Shown: positions 59,780 through 64,000 of the stretch, one piece after another | How positions within the stretch are numbered: the stretch's first letter is position 1 | Layout of the letters: each line of letters starts with the position of its first letter | NCBI GenBank assembly: GCA_004295005.1 | Contig: SHNG01000017.1 | Coordinates: 15,969-79,968 of the forward strand | Direction: 5' to 3' | Length of the DNA stretch: 64,000 nucleotides | Origin: Gammaproteobacteria bacterium | GTDB lineage: Bacteria > Pseudomonadota > Gammaproteobacteria > Xanthomonadales > Rhodanobacteraceae | Position numbers and translations under genes: made by a program | Notes under the pieces: generated by a model | Seen by the model: only the letters and a program-made list of their open reading frames with translations | Database searches by the model: none | What the model was told of the DNA's origin: nothing

Positions 59780-60514
59780 TCAGTCGGCTTTCTTGAGGTC
59801 GATCACGATGGCACTTGCATAAAGCCAGAAGCCGATCATCAACAGGAAGTACAGCAAGTCGCGCAGGTCGATCACGCCCTTGCTGATCGAGGCGAAGTGG
59901 GTGAGAAAACTCAAGCCGGCAACGGCATCCACCAGGCCCTGCGGTGCCCAGGCGGCAAACGCGTCCAGTACCAGCGGATAGCCCGCCATGACCAGTACGA
60001 AACATGCGACCACGGTCAGGATGAAGGCGACAACCTGGTTTCGTGTCGCAGCCGAAATGCAGGAACCGATGGCAAGAAAGGCGCCCGCCATGAGCAAGGC
60101 ACCGATGTAGCTGGCAAGGATCACGCCGTTGTCCGGGTCACCCAGGTAGTTGACGGTGATCCACAACGGGAAGGTCAGCGCCAGGGCAATGCCGATGAAG
60201 GCCCAGGCGGCGAGAAACTTGCCGACTACCGCCTGCCACATGGTGATCGGCAGGGTCAGCAGCAATTCGATGGTGCCGCTCTTGCGTTCCTCGGACCACA
60301 GGCGCATGGCGACCGCGGGCACCAGGAACAGGTAAAGCCACGGCAGGAAATTGAAAAACGGCATCAAGTCCGCCTGGCCGCGCTCGTAGAACTGCCCGAG
60401 ATAGAAGGTGAATGCGCTGGAGAGCACCAGGAAGATGACGATGAAAACGTAGGCAACCGGAGTTGCGAAGTAGCTGCGCAGCTCGCGCTTGAACAGGGTC
60501 TTGATCATGTTCAT
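59780..60514 (-). CDS. ABC-2 type permease (GldF-like)
   Basis: RELRSYFATPVAY, MRLWSEERKSGTIELLLTLP, GKF, GVIDLRD. Confidence 0.92.
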   Translation of the reverse strand: MNMIKTLFKRELRSYFATPVAYVFIVIFLVLSSAFTFYLGQFYERGQADLMPFFNFLPWLYLFLVPAVAMRLWSEERKSGTIELLLTLPITMWQAVVGKFLAAWAFIGIALALTFPLWITVNYLGDPDNGVILASYIGALLMAGAFLAIGSCISAATRNQVVAFILTVVACFVLVMAGYPLVLDAFAAWAPQGLVDAVAGLSFLTHFASISKGVIDLRDLLYFLLMIGFWLYASAIVIDLKKAD

Positions 60515-61452
60515 GGGCGGGCCTCCTTTGCCGGCGCAGCCTGGGTGATGGAGCGAAACACCTCGTCGAGACGGCCGCCTTCCAGCGCGATCTCGCGCAC
60601 CGACACGTTGCGCTCCTTGAGCACCTCGTTGACGGCAGCGAAGATCTGCTTTCCGGGCTTGGGAAACGCGGTGATGCGACCATCCTGTGCATCCACCTCG
60701 ATGGCGGCCACATCGACGACACGTGCCAGCGCCTCGCGCGCTGCGTTGGCATCCTTGGCCGTCATGGAAACCGCCTGGTGGTATCGCGAACGGGCCTCAA
60801 GCTCGGCCGGTGTTGCATCCGCCAGCACGCGACCGCGGGCAATGATGATGGCGCGATTGCACACCGCGTGGACTTCCTCCAGCACATGCGTGGAGACGAT
60901 GATGGTCTTGTCACGCGCCATGGCATTGATCAGCGAGCGCACCTCGTGCTTCTGGTTCGGATCCAGGCCATCGGTCGGCTCATCGAGAATCAGCACCTTG
61001 GGATCGTGCAGGATGGCCTGGGCAAGACCGACCCGCCGCTTGAATCCCTTGGACAGGGTTTCAATGGGCTGTTCGAGCACGCCTTCGAGATTGAGGCGGC
61101 CAATCACGTCATCCAGCCGCTTGCCGCGTGTGGCAGCGGGCAGTCCACGCACGTCGGCAATGAAACCGAGGAACTGACGCACGCTCATTTCACCGTAGCT
61201 GGGTGCTCCTTCCGGCAGGTAACCAATCACGCGCTTGGCTTGCAACGAGTCGGATTCGACGTCGAATCCGCAAACCCTCGCACTCCCCGAGGTCGGGGCC
61301 AGGCAGCCGGCAACCATTTTCATGGTTGTCGACTTTCCTGCGCCGTTGGGTCCGAGGAAGCCGAGTACCTGGCCAGGTTCGACCTTGAACGAGATTCCGT
61401 CAACAGCGACCAGATCGCCGTAGCGCTTTCCCAATGCCTGGGTTTCAATCAT
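60511..61452 (-). CDS. ABC transporter ATP-binding protein (GldA-like)
   Basis: GPNGAGKST, LSKGF, LILDEPT, STH. Confidence 0.94.
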   Translation of the reverse strand: MIETQALGKRYGDLVAVDGISFKVEPGQVLGFLGPNGAGKSTTMKMVAGCLAPTSGSARVCGFDVESDSLQAKRVIGYLPEGAPSYGEMSVRQFLGFIADVRGLPAATRGKRLDDVIGRLNLEGVLEQPIETLSKGFKRRVGLAQAILHDPKVLILDEPTDGLDPNQKHEVRSLINAMARDKTIIVSTHVLEEVHAVCNRAIIIARGRVLADATPAELEARSRYHQAVSMTAKDANAAREALARVVDVAAIEVDAQDGRITAFPKPGKQIFAAVNEVLKERNVSVREIALEGGRLDEVFRSITQAAPAKEARP

Positions 61453-61662
61453 CTTTTCATCACCCCGAATTTGCCGAAGTTTTTCCAAGTCCATGCGCAT
61501 CCCGCCGCGCGGACCTTCATCGCCCACAACACGGCTCCGCTACCCCTGTCTGGGCAGAAAACCGGATGTTCCATGCGGGAGGGTTGTCGAGCGGTGCGCA
61601 ATGTACCCCATGCCAATGCAAAAAGTTCCCGAACCGGCGCGACAAATTTCGTGCATCGCGAC

Positions 61663-62508
61663 TCAGAATCGATCGGCAGGCGGATACAGGCGCCCGGCAC
61701 GCAGGGGACGGAAGCAGGGAGCGGCATCGAAGAAGTCCTCTTCCCCGCCTCGCGCATGCCAACCCGGCAGGCCCGACAGGGGCAGCGGCCGGAGCTGCTG
61801 CGGATCCAGCAGCAACGACGGGGCTTCGATGCGCTGCGCCAGGCGCTGGTCAATCCGCGACAGGGTTTCAGCGTCCATCGTCAGATCGGCGGCATCATCC
61901 GTCATCAACAGCACGGCCTTGGCCACCAGATAACGTGCGGGCTCCAGGGCCAGCTCCAGCAAGGCATGACCGAACACATGCACCTGGATGCTGTGCCCCC
62001 AGGCGCCGGCATGTGCGTGAAACAGGTTTTTCCAGTCGTGCCGATCCCACAACTCGACAAGTCGCGGATCACTGCACAGCACAATGGCACCCGCCTCGTC
62101 GAAATGGGTCAGCGCACATTGGCCCCGCGTGCGTTGTCGCTTGCCGATGCGGGCAATGTCCCCGCACTGACGCAGGTTGAGCGCTCGCTTGGTGCGTGGC
62201 CAGCGCAACCAGACCAGGGCATTGAACAGATCGTGCCAATTGCGCTCGCGGGTGGCGAGCCGGCCGAGCCTGATGCGTTCCTCGTAGTGCAGTCCATCCG
62301 CCAGCAGCGCCGCATCCTGCGCAACAAGCATCGGGCGCTCGACGCCATCTTGCGCAGTTGCCGCGCACCTCAGGTGCTCAAGCTCGTCAAGGGTCGGCCA
62401 GAGATCACGACTGACCAGGCCCGCAAGTGCCAGATCAAGTTCACGCAATGGCGGGCGCAGGAAGACGGCGCGATCGACATCCTGGATGGGCGGCACGTGC
62501 AGGCGCAA
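61663..62508 (-). CDS. DUF3025 domain-containing protein
   Basis: YEERI, TRERNWHDLFNALVWL, LTHFDEAG, FGHALLE, PLPLSGLPGW. Confidence 0.85.
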   Translation of the reverse strand: MRLHVPPIQDVDRAVFLRPPLRELDLALAGLVSRDLWPTLDELEHLRCAATAQDGVERPMLVAQDAALLADGLHYEERIRLGRLATRERNWHDLFNALVWLRWPRTKRALNLRQCGDIARIGKRQRTRGQCALTHFDEAGAIVLCSDPRLVELWDRHDWKNLFHAHAGAWGHSIQVHVFGHALLELALEPARYLVAKAVLLMTDDAADLTMDAETLSRIDQRLAQRIEAPSLLLDPQQLRPLPLSGLPGWHARGGEEDFFDAAPCFRPLRAGRLYPPADRF

Positions 62509-62654
62509 GGCTTCGGCTATGAACTGTCAAAGGTGGGCGCGCAGGATAACGATTTCGGGCAAACACGACCAAGGCGTCGCGCGCGCGCGGGTTGCGGCTA
62601 TCATCATCAGGGTACTCGTGGCCGGCCGCGGCCCGAATCCTTCTTGCGCGCAAG

Positions 62655-62764
62655 GGACGGTCTGGCCAAGTATTGTCGCGAGCAAGCTCGCTCCCACAAA
62701 ATCAAGCAATGGTGGAAGCGAGCTTGCTCGCGACGAAGGAGTTCCGTACTCGCTCAGAGTTTCC
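62655..62764 (-). mobile_element. 110-bp MITE, copy 3 (reverse orientation, more diverged, central loop inverted)
   Basis: Minus strand reads GGAAACTCTGAGCGAG…CTTGGCCAGACCGTCC; REP doublet retained. Confidence 0.75.
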
Positions 62765-62810
62765 CCAGGGCCACGACCCAATCCGACCCAAGCTGGAGGA
62801 TGCTGACGAA

Positions 62811-63482
62811 ATGGCTGAAATGCTGCGCATAGCGGGCCGCGACATGCACTGCATTGGCGCCTATCGGGCCATGCCGACGGGGCCTTGCCTTGGCGGGCTC
62901 GTGGTCGTGCAGGAAATATTCGGCGTCAATGCGCACATCCGCGCCGTGGTCGAAAGCTTCGCGGCGGCGGGATACTGCGCGATTGCACCCGCATTCTTCG
63001 ACCACATTGAAAACGACGTGGAGCTCGACTACGACAGCGCAGGCATTGCCCGCGGGCGTGCGCTGATCGGGGAGCTGAATAACGAGGATGTCATCGCCGA
63101 CGTTGGCAGCGCCGCCAACGCCATCGCCTCGGCGGGAAAAGTCGGCGTCGTGGGCTATTGCTGGGGCGGCACGATTGCCCTGCTTTCGGCAATTCGCCTC
63201 GGCATGCCGGCGGTCAGCTACTACGGCTCGCGCAATGTCGCATGGCTTGACCAGCCCTGCCCCGCACCCTTGCAGTTCCATTTCGGTGCCAACGATGCAT
63301 CGATACCGCCCGAGGCCATCGAGAGGCATCGAAAGGCGTATGCGCATGCCGAAGTGCATGTCTACGCCGCCGGCCATGGTTTCAATTGCGACCTGCGCGC
63401 GGACTTCGACCCGGCAAGCGCGGCGCTCGCCAGGCAGCAAACGCTCGATTTCCTCGCCAGGCACCTTGGTCCTTCGCCTTGA
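62811..63482 (+). CDS. Dienelactone hydrolase family protein
   Basis: VVQEIFGVNAHIR, GYCWGG nucleophile, HFG..D, AGHGFNCD. Confidence 0.92.
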   Translation: MAEMLRIAGRDMHCIGAYRAMPTGPCLGGLVVVQEIFGVNAHIRAVVESFAAAGYCAIAPAFFDHIENDVELDYDSAGIARGRALIGELNNEDVIADVGSAANAIASAGKVGVVGYCWGGTIALLSAIRLGMPAVSYYGSRNVAWLDQPCPAPLQFHFGANDASIPPEAIERHRKAYAHAEVHVYAAGHGFNCDLRADFDPASAALARQQTLDFLARHLGPSP

Positions 63483-63889
63483 ACACGGACTTTGTCCTCG
63501 ATCCAAGGTTGTTGGCCGACAGCCACGCCGTCGCCACCCTGGAACTTTGCGACCTGCGCCTGCACGGCGATTCCAGTTTCCCCTGGCTGATCCTCATTCC
63601 GCGCATTGTCGGCGCGCGCGACCTGATCGATCTCGATCCGTCACAGCAAGGCCGGCTGTATGAGGAAATTGATCGTTGCTCTCGCGTACTGGTGCAGGCC
63701 TTCAGTCCACACAAGCTCAACGTGGCTGCACTGGGCAACGTCGTCGAACAACTGCATGTGCATGTGATTGCGCGTTTCCGCGATGATCCTGCGTGGCCCG
63801 CTCCTGTTTGGGGACGTGTGTCGGTGGCGTACGCAGCGGACGCGCGCGAGGCGCGCATCGCACAACTGCAAGAATTGCTCGGCAGATGA
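63479..63889 (+). CDS. HIT family protein
   Basis: LDPRLLAD, FPWLILIPR, KLNVAALGNVVEQLHVHVIARF, D.AWP.PVWG; TTG overlaps upstream stop. Confidence 0.9.
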   Translation: MNTDFVLDPRLLADSHAVATLELCDLRLHGDSSFPWLILIPRIVGARDLIDLDPSQQGRLYEEIDRCSRVLVQAFSPHKLNVAALGNVVEQLHVHVIARFRDDPAWPAPVWGRVSVAYAADAREARIAQLQELLGR

Positions 63890-64000
63890 ACTCGCGTTTC
63901 GCGCTGGAGCCCTTGGGCGAAGACGCATTCCTTTTGCGCTTCGGCAGCAGCATCGACGCCGCAACCAATGCCCGCGTGCACGCCGTTGCGAACGTGCTGC
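63886..64000 (+). CDS. pxpB: 5-oxoprolinase subunit PxpB (allophanate hydrolase subunit 1), truncated by window end
   Basis: Manual translation MNSRFALEPLGEDAFLLRFGSSIDAATNARVHAVANVL; ATGA overlap with HIT gene. Confidence 0.7.
   Translation, partial: MNSRFALEPLGEDAFLLRFGSSIDAATNARVHAVANVL

Overview
GC-rich chromosomal segment from a Xanthomonadales-type gammaproteobacterium. Rhodanobacteraceae/Dokdonella-like affinity is inferred from the gene set and a C-terminal D-x-IF-x-x-GF-[DE] tail on a secreted protein. Most of the window is core or metabolic DNA: hutF/hutI, a zinc-homeostasis locus (CDF exporter, MerC-like protein, TonB-dependent receptor, Zur-like regulator, two Zur-like boxes), thx, gltX, cpdB, a tRNA-Ala/Glu/Asp operon, ppsR/ppsA, lexA-imuA (imuB/dnaE2 absent), ispG, a CHASE/PAS kinase with a response regulator and an EAL protein, xseA, an ALS-ALDH pair, a GldAFG/DUF4340 ABC system and the start of pxpB. 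The stand-out feature is a co-oriented six-gene, ~13 kb cluster (30305-43364) that looks like a complete trans-envelope electron conduit with built-in signal inputs. It encodes (1) an FAD/NADPH oxidoreductase fused to two cyclic-nucleotide-binding domains and a 4x[4Fe-4S] module, (2) a His-rich cytochrome-b-like membrane protein, (3) an FHA-like/TM/decaheme cytochrome c, (4) a tandem GlcG/HbpS-like lipoprotein, (5) an outer-membrane beta-barrel and (6) a secreted decaheme cytochrome with LVIVD repeats. The window also holds three copies of a 110-bp MITE with IS5-like ends enclosing a REP doublet; one copy has its central loop flipped. Several genes look leaderless. All calls come from motif reading; no database searches were run.
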